Source: Octopus sinensis
Taxonomy: Eukaryota
Direction: 5' to 3'
DNA length: 64,000 bases
Assembly (NCBI RefSeq): GCF_006345805.1
Contig: NC_043023.1
Location: forward strand, 14,570,001-14,634,000
Positions 12,140-23,839 of the stretch are shown piece by piece (within the stretch, counting starts at the first letter, position 1; each line of letters starts with the position of its first letter). The notes below the pieces were generated by a model. It did no database searches. It was not told the DNA's origin and worked only from the letters and a program-made list of their open reading frames with translations. Made by a program: the position numbers and the translations under genes.

Positions 12140-13975
12140 CCTTCATCATCATCATCATCATTTAACGTCCGCTTTCCATGCTAGCATGGGTTGGACGGTT
12201 CAACTGGGGTCTGGGGAGCCCGAAAGCTGCACCAGTCCAGTCAGATCTGGCAGTGTTTCTACAGCTGTATGCCCTTCCTAACGCCAACCACTCCGAGAGT
12301 GTAGTGGGTGATTTTATGTGCCACCGACACAGGTGCCAGACGAGGCTGGCAAACGGCCACGCTCGGATGGTGTTTTTTATGTGCCACCGACACAGGTGCC
12401 AGACGAGGCTGGCAGACGGCCATGCTCGGATGGTGTTTTTATGTGCCACCGACACAGGTGCCAGATGAGGCTGGCAAACGGCCACGCTCGGATGGTGCTT
12501 GTTACGTGCCCACAGCACGGAGGCCAGTCGATGCGGTACTGGCTATGGCCACGTTCGGATGGTTTTATTGTGTGCCACGTGCCACCGGCACTGGTACCAC
12601 AAAGATACAAATTCCATTGATGTTCATCTATTTTGATTTGTTTTGATTTGATTTTCACTTGCCTCAACAGGTCTTCACAAGTGTCACAAGAAGGAAGGTA
12701 TGCACAGGTGGACTGACTACGTCCCAGGTAGGGGCCATGGGTTATGGCCTGACTAGTCTTGCCGGGTCTTCGGATGGTGTGTTTTATGTGCCACCGACAC
12801 AGGTGCTAGATGAGGCTGGCGAACGACCACGATCGGATGGTGTTTGTCATGTGCCCACCGCACTGACTACAGCACTGATGGATTTCTTGTGTGCCACAGG
12901 CACTGGTACCACAAGATACAAATTCCATTGATGTTCATCTATTTTGTCTATTTTGATTTTGATTTGATTTTCACTTGCCTCAACCGGTCTTCACAAGTGT
13001 CACAAGAAGGAAGGTATGCACAGGTGGACTGACTAGTCTTGCGGGTCTTCGGAAGGTGTTTTTATGTGCCACCGACACAGGTGCCAGATGAGGCTGGCGA
13101 ACGGCCATGATCGGATGGTGTTTGTTACGTGCCCACAGCACGGAGGCCGGTCGATGCGGAACTGGCTACGGCCACGTTCGGATGGTTCTCATGTGTGCCA
13201 CCGGCACTGGTACCACAAAGTGTGTGCCACCGGCACTGGTACCACAAAGATACAGATTCCATTGATGTTCATCTATTTTGATTTGTTTTGATTTTGATTT
13301 TCACTTGCCTCAACAGGTCTTCACAAGTGTCACCAGAAGGAAGGTATGCACAGGTGGACTGACTACGTCCAGGTAGGGGCCATGGGTTATGGCCTGACTA
13401 GTCTTGCCGGGTCTTCGGATGGTGTGTTTTATGTGCCACCGACACAGGTGCTAGATGAGGCTGGCGAACGACCACGATCGGATGGTGTTTGTCATGTGCC
13501 CACAGCACGGAGGCCAGTCGATGCGGTACTGGCTACGGCCACTTTCGGATGGTTTTCTCTTGTGTGCCACCGGCACTGGTACCACAAAGATACAAATTCC
13601 ATTGATGTTCATCTATTTTGATTTGTTTTGATTTGATTTTGATTTTGATTTTCACTTGCCTCAACAGGCCTTCACAAGTATCACAAGGAGGAAGGTATGC
13701 ACAGGTGGATGACTACGTCCCAGGTAGGGGCCATGGTTTATGGCCTGACTAGTCTTGCCGGGTCTTCGGATGGTGTTTTTATGTGCCACCGACAACAGGT
13801 GCTAGATGAGGCTGGCGAACGGCCACGACCGGATGGTGTTTGTTATGTGCCCACAGCACGATGGCCAGGATGCCCTGGTACTGACTATGGCCACGTTCGG
13901 ATGGATTCTTGTGTGCCACCGGCACTGGTACCACAAAGATACAAATTCCATTGATGTTCATCTATTTTGATGTTG
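12140..13975 (-). repeat. Family C element expanded into ~5 x 310-350-bp higher-order units
   Basis: AAGATACAAATTCCATTGATGTTCATCTATTTTG recurs at ~12601, 12912, 13248, 13587 and 13937. Confidence 0.8.
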
Positions 13976-14429
13976 CACGGAATCTGAAAGAAGCCCATTG
14001 TGTATATATATATATATATGTATGTATATATACACATACAAACATGTGTTTGTGTCTTTGTGTCTGTCTGTTCCCCACCACTGCTTGACAACCAGTGTTG
14101 GTGTGTTTATGTCCCCGTAAATTAGTGGTTTGGCAAAAGAACTGATAGAATAAGAACTTGACTTGAGAAAAATATAAGTTCTGCAGGCAATTCTTTTGAC
14201 TAAAATTCCTCAAGGTGATGCCCCAGCATGGCCACAGTCTACTGGCTGAAACAAGCAAGGAAAAAAAAGAGAACAAGATTAAATTGATGGTGGTGATGAT
14301 TCAGTTTATAATTGCTTTGCTCTGCTGCCCTGGGTTGGACAGACTTTAGTGTCTCACCTCACATCTTTGTCCTTCTTCACCAGGGGCACAGCTAATTAAA
14401 ACTGAAACAAATGCACACACACACACATG

Positions 14430-14469
<40 letters not shown>

Positions 14470-14733
14470 CCAACCCATGCTAGCATGGAGAACGGACGCT
14501 AAATGATGATGATGATATATATATATATATATGTGCAGGTGGCACGTAAAAAGCACCCACTACACTCATGGAGTGGTTGGCGTTAGGAAGGGCATCCAGC
14601 TGTAGAAACATTGCCAGATAAGACCGGAGCCTAGTGCAGCCTTCTGGCTTCCCAGATCCCCGGTCGAACCGTCCAACCCATGCTAGCATGGAGAACGGAT
14701 GTTAAACGATGATGATGATGATGATATATATAT

Positions 14734-15083
14734 ATGACCACTCCATCTGAGGCTTTGCTTTAGCACAGGAGCTTCTATACTTTCACACCAAGAGCCTTCC
14801 AATATTTCAAGATCACTGATGCAGTCCTTTCACTTAATGCCATAGATCCCTCTGAGGCACATCTGATGGAAACGTCCCAGTTGTTTAAGGTGGTATCGAT
14901 ATGTGACCCACGTCTCGCAGGCATAGAGAAGAGAAGGGGGCACACATGCCTTGTACACCTTTTATCTTTGTCTTTCTGCATATGTCTTGTCGACTCCAGA
15001 GGCGCTTTTCTAGCCTTCCGAGAGCAACACTTGCTTTCCTAATTCTATATGGAATTTCATCATCCAAATTGCTATATCTATTA
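14734..15083 (-). mobile_element. Inverted 5' segment of an RTE-clade LINE insertion (RT C-terminal region, frameshifted)
   Basis: Minus strand translates NRYSNLDDEIPYRIRKASVALGRLEKRLWSRQDICRKTKIK...DCISDLEILEGSWCESIEAPVLKQSLRWSGH, typical of RTE ORF2 downstream of the RT core. Confidence 0.85.
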
Positions 15084-15755
15084 ATAGTCAGGATGAAGGA
15101 TTCAAGGATGCCAAAACAACTCTTTTATGGAGAGTTAGCTAAAGGAGAACGACCTCCACATAAACCAAAAAAGAGGTATAAGGACTTGAAGGCTTCCTTA
15201 AGAGATGCTTGCATCTCTCCTGACACATGGGAAGGCATAGCTATTGATCGTAGCAGGTGGAGAAGGATTGTGCATGAGGGGACAGCCACTTTTGTGAAAT
15301 CTCGAGTTGCACATGAGAAAGTAAGGAGGGATGTCAGGAAGGGCATCGTTGTTACACTTCCAGAAGGGAAGGGTTTTCCTATGATGCTGACATGCAGTGT
15401 CTGTGCAAGACCCTGCCTCAGTAAAGCTGGACTCAAGAGTCATCTTCGTAGTCATAAAACGAGACAGATGAGTGACAACCTGACCACTGGTGGTGGTGTT
15501 ACACACCATACTAATCATATCTGTCGGGCATGTGGAAGAGAGTGTAATTCAGCAGGAGGACTTAAAAGACATGCAAAAGTACATGAAACCCAGTTACAAC
15601 TACAGGCGGCTATTACCGGTAAAGGTTTTAGTTGCCAATTCTGTACAAGACATTGTAGATCTTTAGCTGGGCTAAAAAGTCACATTCGGTCACAGCACCA
15701 GTAATAGTTAAGCTTCGTGCAATGGCCATACTCGATAACGAGGGGGCAGCCATGA
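15084..15755 (+). mobile_element. Sense 3' segment of the RTE-clade LINE, with three C2H2 zinc fingers and 3' UTR
   Basis: IVRMKDSRMPKQLFYGEL...RYKD...W...DRSRWRR, then CSVC..HLRSH, CRAC..HAKVH and CQFC..HIRSQH; stop at 15702-15704; short UTR ending gcagccatgat(at)n. Confidence 0.85.
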
Positions 15756-15759
15756 TATA

Positions 15760-16110
15760 TCTTTATATATAAAAGTGAAGTTGTGTGTCTGTCTCCTACG
15801 ATTTAGATTCCTAACTACTCCCACATTTTGCAGTGCAGTTTAACCAAAACTGGGTATCTTAGTCATGATTCATATCGAGCCCTTCTGGGTATTAGCGCGC
15901 GTCTACGATTTTAAAAATAATTTACCATCATTTTTTTCCATTTTAATGCATTTTTTCGCTATTATATAAGGGAAGTAACTCTCTAAAAATGTCTACGATG
16001 AGTCAACGATTTAAAAAAAATTTACCACCATTTTTTGGCTATAACTCTCTAAAAATGCTTATATAGTTATTTCCCTTACAAACCCGAGCAACGCCGGGCG
16101 ATACTGCTAG
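15760..16110 (+). mobile_element. Non-autonomous Helitron (subfamily 1)
   Basis: A|TCTTTATATATAAAAGTGAAGTTG...CCCGAGCAACGCCGGG (hairpin) CGATACTGCTAG|T. TC/CTAG ends, inserted at an AT dinucleotide, no TSD. Confidence 0.85.
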
Positions 16111-18159
16111 TATATATATATATTCTTTTACTTGTTTCAGTCATAAATGTGTGTCTGTGCATGTTCCGCCTCCGCCGTTTGATAACCGCTGTTGGTTTGT
16201 TTACCCCCCTGCAACCTAGTGGTTTGGCAAAAGAGACCCTTAGGCTAAGTACCAGGCTTTAAAAAATGTATTGATTTGTTTGACTGGAAACCCTTCAAGG
16301 CAGAGCTCCAGCATGGCCGCAATCAAGCGAGAAAAAAAAGAGATAGACTACATTATCCAATATACCCTTTATATTATTTCTATTCAGAAGATAGAGTGTG
16401 GTTCGTGGAGACCTGGCTGTTATTTCTAGCATATCGTCTGATCACATGCTGACTACCTCGTTTGAATCGTGGCGCCAACACCAACACCTCATATATGAAT
16501 AAACATGTATTTGAATGTGTATATCTACATGTGTGAAAATTAATTGCGGGAGAGCCAGAAGGATGAACCTTTGCTCCCTACTTCGCTAGAAATGATAGCT
16601 AAAATTATAACCTTTTTTGTGAGTGTTAAACAAAGAAGGTATGTATCGGGTGTGTGTGTGTGTGTGAAACCTGCATTCCCTGTGTTGATAAAACATGTTG
16701 GTCCTTTCTAATATTTTGGGCTCATTATACGGTGTGATCTCATTGGGTCCCTTTGAATAGGTGACTCTGGGATTTATTTATGTGTGCTTGTGGCACTACT
16801 TTCAGTTTCTGTCTACCAAATCCAGTCACAAGGCTTTGGTCAACCCGAAGCTATAATACAAGACATATGCCCAAGGTGCCACGCAGTGGGACTGAACCCA
16901 GAATCTCCTGGTTGGCAAGCAATCTTCTTACTACACTACCACGCCCCTGCTTGTCCACGCCATGCATACTCTTTACTTGTTTCAGTCATTTGACTGCGGC
17001 CATGCTGGAGCACTGCCTTTAGTCGAGCAAATTGACCCCAGGACTTATTCTTTGCAAGCCTTATTCTATCGGTCTCTTAGTACTTTCTATCGGTCTCTTA
17101 GTACTTATTCTATCGGTCTCTTTTTGCCGAACCGCTAAGTTACGGGGATGTAAACACACCAGCATCAGTTGTCAAGCGATGTTGGGGGGGGGGACAAACA
17201 CACACACACACACACACATACATATATATACGATGGGATTCTATCAGTTTCCATCTGCCAAATCCACTCACAAGGCTTTGGTCGGCCCGAGGCTATAGCA
17301 GCAGACACTTGCCCAAGGTGCCACACAGTGGGACTGAACCCAGAACCATGTGGTTGGTAAGCAAGCTACATACCACACAGCCACTTATATATATATATAT
17401 ATATATACGACGGGCTTCTTTCAGTTTCCGTATACCAAATCCACTCACAAGGCTTTGGTCGGCCCGAGGCTATAGCAGCAGACACTTGCCCAAGGTGCCA
17501 CGCAGTGGGACTGAACCCAGAACCATGTGGTTGGTAAGCAAGCTACGTACCACACAGCCACTCCTGTGCCATCTGGAATTTCATTAAAAAATATTTATTT
17601 TTGCGAAAGTTATGAGGAAACAAAGTTTGGGTGGGGGAACACTTGTGTAGGTATGCCAAACGAAGCTCTAGTCTGGCGCTCGGGTCGATGAAATCAACTA
17701 GCCCCTCCCTTAAAGTTTCGGGCCTTTAAAGGATTATTATCCCTAGAAAGGATTGTTATTATTGACGAGAATGGTGCGAGTGAACGGGCCTTCCCTGATC
17801 ATATGCCTGCAGTTGGAAAAGAGGAACGGAAAAAAAGGCACCTGCCCCAAAAGTCAGGGTACCCATAGTTTTTATGGGGCTTTTGTATGAGCAACCCTCG
17901 AATGTCTCCCTATTGAGGATTACACATTGTTGGGTTTTTTCTTTAAATTTTGATAGTCTTGTTTACACACAAAGCCCTCACAACACACACACACACTCCT
18001 GGGTCTATATCATCGAATAGTCCCCTCCACACAAATTTCAGGCCTTGTGCCTATAGTATAAAGGGTTCTTATTATTATTGTTACGTTCTGAGTTCAAATT
18101 CCACCGTGGTCAACTTTGCCTTTCATCCTTTCAGGGTCAATTAAATAAGTACAGTTGTG

Positions 18160-18978
18160 AAGACCTGTTGAGGCAAGTGAACATCAAAAAAAAAAAAATC
18201 AATATTGAAATAGTTCAACATCAATGGAAATTGTAGCTGTGATACCAGTGCCGGTGGCACGTAAGAACCATCTCAACGTGACCGTTGCCAGCACCGTCCT
18301 GACTGGCCTCTGTGCCGGTGGTACGTAAAAAGCACCATCTGATCGTGGCCGTTTGGCAGCCTCGTCTGGCACGTAAAAAGCACCATCCGATCGTGGCCAT
18401 TTGGCAGCCTCGTCTGGCACGTAAAAAGCACCATCCGATCGTGGCCGTTTGGCAGCCTCGTCTGGCACGTAAAAAGCACCATCCGATCGTGGCCGTTTGG
18501 CAGCCTCGTCTGGCACGTAAAAAGCACCATCCGATCGTGGCCGTTTGGCAGCCTCGTCTGGCACGTAAAAAGCACCATCCGATCGTGGCCGTTTGGCAGC
18601 CTCGTCTGGCACGTAAAAAGCACCATCCGATCGTGGCCGTTTGGCAGCCTCGTCTGGCACGTAAAAAGCACCATCCGATCGTAGCCGTTTGGCAGCCTCG
18701 TCTGGCACGTAAAAAGCACCATCTGATCGTGGCCGTTTGGCAGCCTCGTCTGGCACGTAAAAAGCACCATCCGATCGTGGCCGTTTGGCAGCCTCGTCTG
18801 GCACGTAAAAAGCACCCACTACACTCAGGGAGTGGTTGGCATTAGGAAGGGCATCCAGCTGTAGAAACACTGCCAGATCAGACTGGGCCTGGTGCAGCCT
18901 TCGGGCTTCCCAGACCCCAGTTGAACCGTCCAACCCATGCTAGCATGGAAAACGGACATTAAACGATGATGATGATGA
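18160..18978 (+). mobile_element. SINE/retroposon family C ((GAT)n tail, GAGTGGTTGGCGTTAGGAAGGGCATCCAGC motif) containing 10 x 48-bp internal minisatellite
   Basis: Unit GCACGTAAAAAGCACCATCCGATCGTGGCCGTTTGGCAGCCTCGTCTG. Other family C copies at 6143, 7165, 10463, 12140, 14535, 37940, 39385, 40760, 41955, 47945 and 60270. Confidence 0.8.
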
Positions 18979-21147
18979 TTAATCACTGGGGTCGATGTAA
19001 TCGACTTAATCCCCTTGTCTGTCCTTGTTTGTCCCCTCTATGTTTAGCCTGCTATGGGCAATAAAAAAATAAATTATTATTATTATTAAAGTCGTGAGCT
19101 GGCAGAATCGTTAGCGTGTTGGATGAAATGCTTAACAGTATTTCATCTGCCGTTACATTCTGAGTTCAAATTCCTCCGAGGTCAACTTTGCCTTTCATCA
19201 TTTCAGGGTCGATAAATTAAATACCTATTTCTTTATTACCCACAAGGGGCTAAACACAGAGGGGACAAACAAGGACAGACATAGGTATTAAGTCGATTAC
19301 ATTGACCCCAGTGCGTGACTGGTACTTAATTTATCGACCCCGAAAGGATGACAGGCAAAGTCGACCTCGGCGGAATTTGAACTCAGAACGTAACGCAGAC
19401 GAAATACCTATTTCTTTACTACACACAGAGGGGACAAACAAGGACAGACATAGGTATTAAGTCGATTACATCGACCCCAGTGCGTAACTGGTACTTAATT
19501 TATCGACCCCGAAAGGATGACAGGCAAAGTCGACCTCGGCGGAATTTGAACTCAGAACGTAACGCAGACGAAATACCTATTTCTTTACTACACACAGAGG
19601 GGACAAACAAGGACAGACATAGGTATTAAGTCGATTACATTGACCCCAGTGCGTGACTGGTACTTAATTTATCGACCCTGAAAGGATGACAGGCAAAGTC
19701 GACCTCGGCGGAATTTGAACTCAGAACGTAACGCAGACGAAATACCTATTTCTTTACTACACACAGAGGGGACAAACAAGGACAGACATAGGTATTAAGT
19801 CGATTACATCGACCCCAGTGCGTAACTGGTACTTAATTTATCGACCCCGAAAGGATGACAGGCAAAGTCGACCTCGGCGGAATTTGAACTCAGAACGTAA
19901 CGCAGACGAAATACCTATTTCTTTACTACACACAGAGGGGACAAACAAGGACAGACATAGGTATTAAGTCGATTACATCGACCCCAGTGCGTAACTGGTA
20001 CTTAATTTATCGACCCCGAAAGGATGACAGGCAAAGTCGACCTCGGCGGAATTTGAACTCAGAACGTAGTGGCAGACGAAATACCGCTAGGCATTTCGTC
20101 CTGCATGCTAACGTTTCTGCCAGCTTGATAAATTAAATACCAGTGACGCACTGGGGTTGATGTAAGCGACTCATCTCCCCTCCCCTAAAATTGCTGCCTT
20201 TGTGGAAAAATTTGAAACCATTATCATTATTAATGGCAGAACCATTAGCACGCTAGACAAAAATGCTTAGCGGCATTTCGACTTTATGTTCTAAGTTCAA
20301 ATTCTGCCATGATCGTCTTTGCCCTTCATCCTTTCAGAGTCGATAAAATAAGTACCAGTTTGGCACTGGGGTTGATATAATTGCCTTTCCCACCTCCCCT
20401 GGAATTGCTGGCCCTGTGCCAGAATTATTATTAAGGTAGCAAGCTGGCAAAATCATTAGCATGCCGGACAAAATTCTTAGCGACATTTCATCCATACGTT
20501 CTGAGTTCAAATTCCTTCGAGGTCGTCTTTGCCTTTCATCCTTTTGAAGTCGATATGCGCAGGAGTGGCTGTGTGGTAAGTAGCTTGTTTACCAACCACA
20601 TGGTTCCGGGTTCAGTCCCACTGCGTGGCGCCTTGGGCAAGTGTCTTCTACTATAGCCTCGGGCCGACCAAAGCCTTGTGAGTGGATTTTGTAGACGGAA
20701 ACTGGAAGAAGCCCGTCGTATATATGTATATATATATATATGCATGTTTGTGTGTCTGTGTCTGTCCCCCTAGCATTCCTTGACAACCGATGCTGGTGTG
20801 TTTATGTCCCCGTCACTTAGCGGTTCGGCAAAAAAGATCGATAGAATAAGTACTGGGCTTACAAAGAATAAGTCCCGGGGTCGAGTTGCTCGATTAAAGG
20901 CAGTGCTCCAGCATGGCCGCAGTCAAATGACTGAAACAAGTAAAAGAGATATATGTATGTATGTGTTTGTGTGTCTATGTTTGTCCCTCCCAACATCACT
21001 TGACAACCGATGCCGGTGTGTTTATGTCCCCGTAACTTAGCGATTCGGCAAAAGAGACCGATAGAATACGTACTAGGCTTACAAAGATTAAGTCCTGGGG
21101 TCGATTTACTCGACTAAATGCGGTGCTCCAGCATGGCCACAGTCAAA

Positions 21148-22263
21148 GGATCTTTTCGGTTTGAATGGCAGTTTTTTTCTAGCGGTGTCATATAAAATTG
21201 TCACCCATAATTATGACCCTAGTATCGATCTATTGCATTTCAATCTGTTTTAGGGTTAGGGGTGGGGGGAAGGGTATCTTTTTTTCTTCGCAAATGTAAA
21301 TAAACCCAATCTGTTTCTTAAACGAGGGACATATTCATACGGCACAGAATGTTTTTTTTAAACCACAGTAGACGTCATTGATTGGTTGAAATTGCAGGAA
21401 TTGAAGAAAAAAAACAAATATCTTAGAAACCATAGAATTTTCTCAATAAAGCCAAGAGAAAAAGATGTTGGCGATCTTTCGTCTCTAGTAGACCTTTCCG
21501 TCGATTTCCGTAAAAAAATTTATTTTTTTTTACATATGGGCTTGCGGGAACTTTTGAAGTAATGAGAGCGAAAGAGACTAAGAGAAAGCGATTGTATGAC
21601 GAGGGAAGTTCTTTTGAAGTTACCGTGCATGTGAAGCATTGATGTACATGTGTGTGTGTGTGTGTTTGATGGGGTGTGGGAGACAGACAGTATGTTGTGT
21701 AAGTGAAGTGCTTCTGTTAGTGTGTGTGAAGAGACAGAGTAATGTGTGAAAGAAAGAGATAACTGAAATTTTTTACTCGGTGTATATGTATGTATATTAC
21801 TTCAAAAGTTCCCGCAAGCCCATATGTAAAAAAAAAAATTTTTTTACGGAAATCGACGGAAAGGTCTACTAGAGACGAAAGATTGCCAAAGATGTTTTTT
21901 AAACATATTAGTAATTTATAATAATAGTAAATAAGTCTAATTTCTGTCTGTGCCTCCACAGATATTTATAAAACACATTCTACCAGTATACGAAGTTTAA
22001 AAGTATTTAGTTAACTAGAAATGATGTTAAAAAACTGACGTTCAAACCGAAAAGATCCATGGTTTTTACCTCAATAGACGTCATTGATTGGTTGAAATTG
22101 CAGAAAAAAACACAGCAATTATCTTACAAACTATAGAATTTTCTCAATAAAGCCAAGAGAAAAAGATGTTTTATAAACACATTCTACCAGTATACGAAGT
22201 TTAAAAGTGTTTAGTTACGTGGAAATTATGTTAAAAAAACTGCCGTTCAAACAGAAAAGATCC
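21148..22263. mobile_element. Related GGATCTTTTC-TIR MITE with nested insertion and duplicated 3' half
   Basis: 5' TIR at 21148; 3' TIRs (…TTCAAACCGAAAAGATCC) end at 22058 and 22263; internal sequence related to 54925-55615. Confidence 0.65.
21470..21887. mobile_element. MULE-like MITE, ~90-bp TIRs, 9-bp TSD
   Basis: AAAGATGTT|GGCGATCTTTCGTCTCTAGTAGACC...GGTCTACTAGAGACGAAAGATTGCC|AAAGATGTT. The internal part recurs near 32790-33255. Confidence 0.8.
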
Positions 22264-22539
22264 AAATTATGTAATGTTTTCATGCCGTTTTTTTTTTAAT
22301 ATATTTTTGTGACTCCTGAGGATTTCTGACTGGTGTTTCTAGCAGCTGAGACACTCCTTTGTTGACTAGTAATTATTATAATAATAGTAAATAAGTCTGT
22401 AGTTTCTGTCTGTGCCTCCACAGATATTTATAAAACAAACAAAAACAGATTTAAAGATATGACCTTTTTTTTTTGTTATTGAACGACGTTACTAGGTTGT
22501 GACGGTCGTAGGAGGATCTGGTCTGCCTTCCCTCCCCCT

Positions 22540-23340
22540 CTCATCGATTCTCTCTCTATCTATCTACACCCTTCCCCTCCTTTTGTCTGCCTTATTCCCT
22601 CTTCTCTAACCCCCTCTCTCCTTTCTACCTCCCTTTTTCTTTTCCCTCTCTATCTGCTTATCTATTTACCCTTCTCTTTCTCTCTCGTTTTTCGTCGTCT
22701 GCCTTTTAACTATTTTCCTCTCTTTCTCTCTCTCTGCCTTTCTGATCTCTTCTTCCCCCGTCTCTCTCACAGCCTTTCTGATCTCCTCTTCCCCCTCTCT
22801 CTCTCTCAGCCTTTCTGATCTCCTCTTCCCCCTCTCTCGTTTTGTTCTTTTCTCCCTCCTCTCTACCGTTCTGATCTTTCTTTCTCTTTTCTCTCACCTC
22901 CTCTTTTTGTCCTTCCCTTTCCCCACTTTCTGTTTATCCCACTCCCACCTCCTCCTTTACCTCCTCGTTCTCGCCTTCATTTCTGTCTTCTTTCTCTCTA
23001 TCTCTCCTCCACGCTCCTCTTTCTTCTCTCTCTCTCCTGCACGCTCCTCTTTCTTCTCTCTCTCTCTCTCTCTCTGTGCCTTCTTTATATCCTCCCACAA
23101 CCTCCTCCACTTTCTCTCCTACCGTCTCTCTTTCCCCCTCCTACCTCACGCTACTTATTTCTCTCCTACCTTCTCTTCTGGTTTTCCCATTCTCCACCTT
23201 CTCTTTCTCTTCGCCTTTCTGTGTGTCATTCTATCTCTCTTTCCTCACTCACTCCCTCTCTCTCTCTCCCTGCCTTTCCTTCTCCCTTTTTCCCTCGTTT
23301 TTCTAATTTTCCTTCCTTCCTTTCACTCGCTTAACGTGTT
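22540..23340. repeat. ~800-bp polypyrimidine (CT-rich) low-complexity tract
   Basis: Almost purine-free + strand. Confidence 0.9.
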
Positions 23341-23799
23341 TTGTATGTGCTTAACTGTTCTGGTGTCCTGCCGAAGAAGGGAATGCGCCGGAGTACAAAC
23401 TGTACGTAAAATAATAATAATAATAATGCTCTCTCTTTTACTCTCTTTTACTCTCTTTTACTTGTTTCAGTCATTTGTCTGTGGCCCATGCTGGAGCACC
23501 GCCTTTAGTCGAGCAAATCGACCCCGGGACTTATTCTTTTTGTAAGCCCAGTACTTATTCTATCGGTTTCTTTTTGCCGAACCGCTAAGTGACGGGGACG
23601 GGACGTAAACACACCAGCAATGCTAGGGGGACAAACACAGACACACAAACATATACACACACACTTATATATGTTTTGTGTGTCTGTGTTTGTCCCCCTA
23701 GCATTGCTGGTGTGTTTACGTCCCCGTCACTTAGCGGTTCGGCAAAAGAGACCGATAGAATAAGTACTGGGCTTACAAAGAATAAGTCCCGGGCCTGTC

Positions 23800-23839
<40 letters not shown>

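Noticed and set aside
14946-15083. ATG-initiated 252-aa ORF as a standalone zinc-finger gene
   Set aside because: Its first 46 codons are antisense LINE sequence across the inversion junction; the ORF is a chimera, not a gene with its own start.
18321-18810. CRISPR-like appearance of regular repeats (also 29172-32090 and 49126-49890)
   Set aside because: The units are directly tandem with no unique spacers, there are no cas genes, and the context is a eukaryotic intron.
18199-18933. 244-aa repetitive ORF (and 336-aa ORF at 39531-40541)
   Set aside because: These are translations of SINE-internal minisatellites, open in several frames on both strands, with no splice or domain support.
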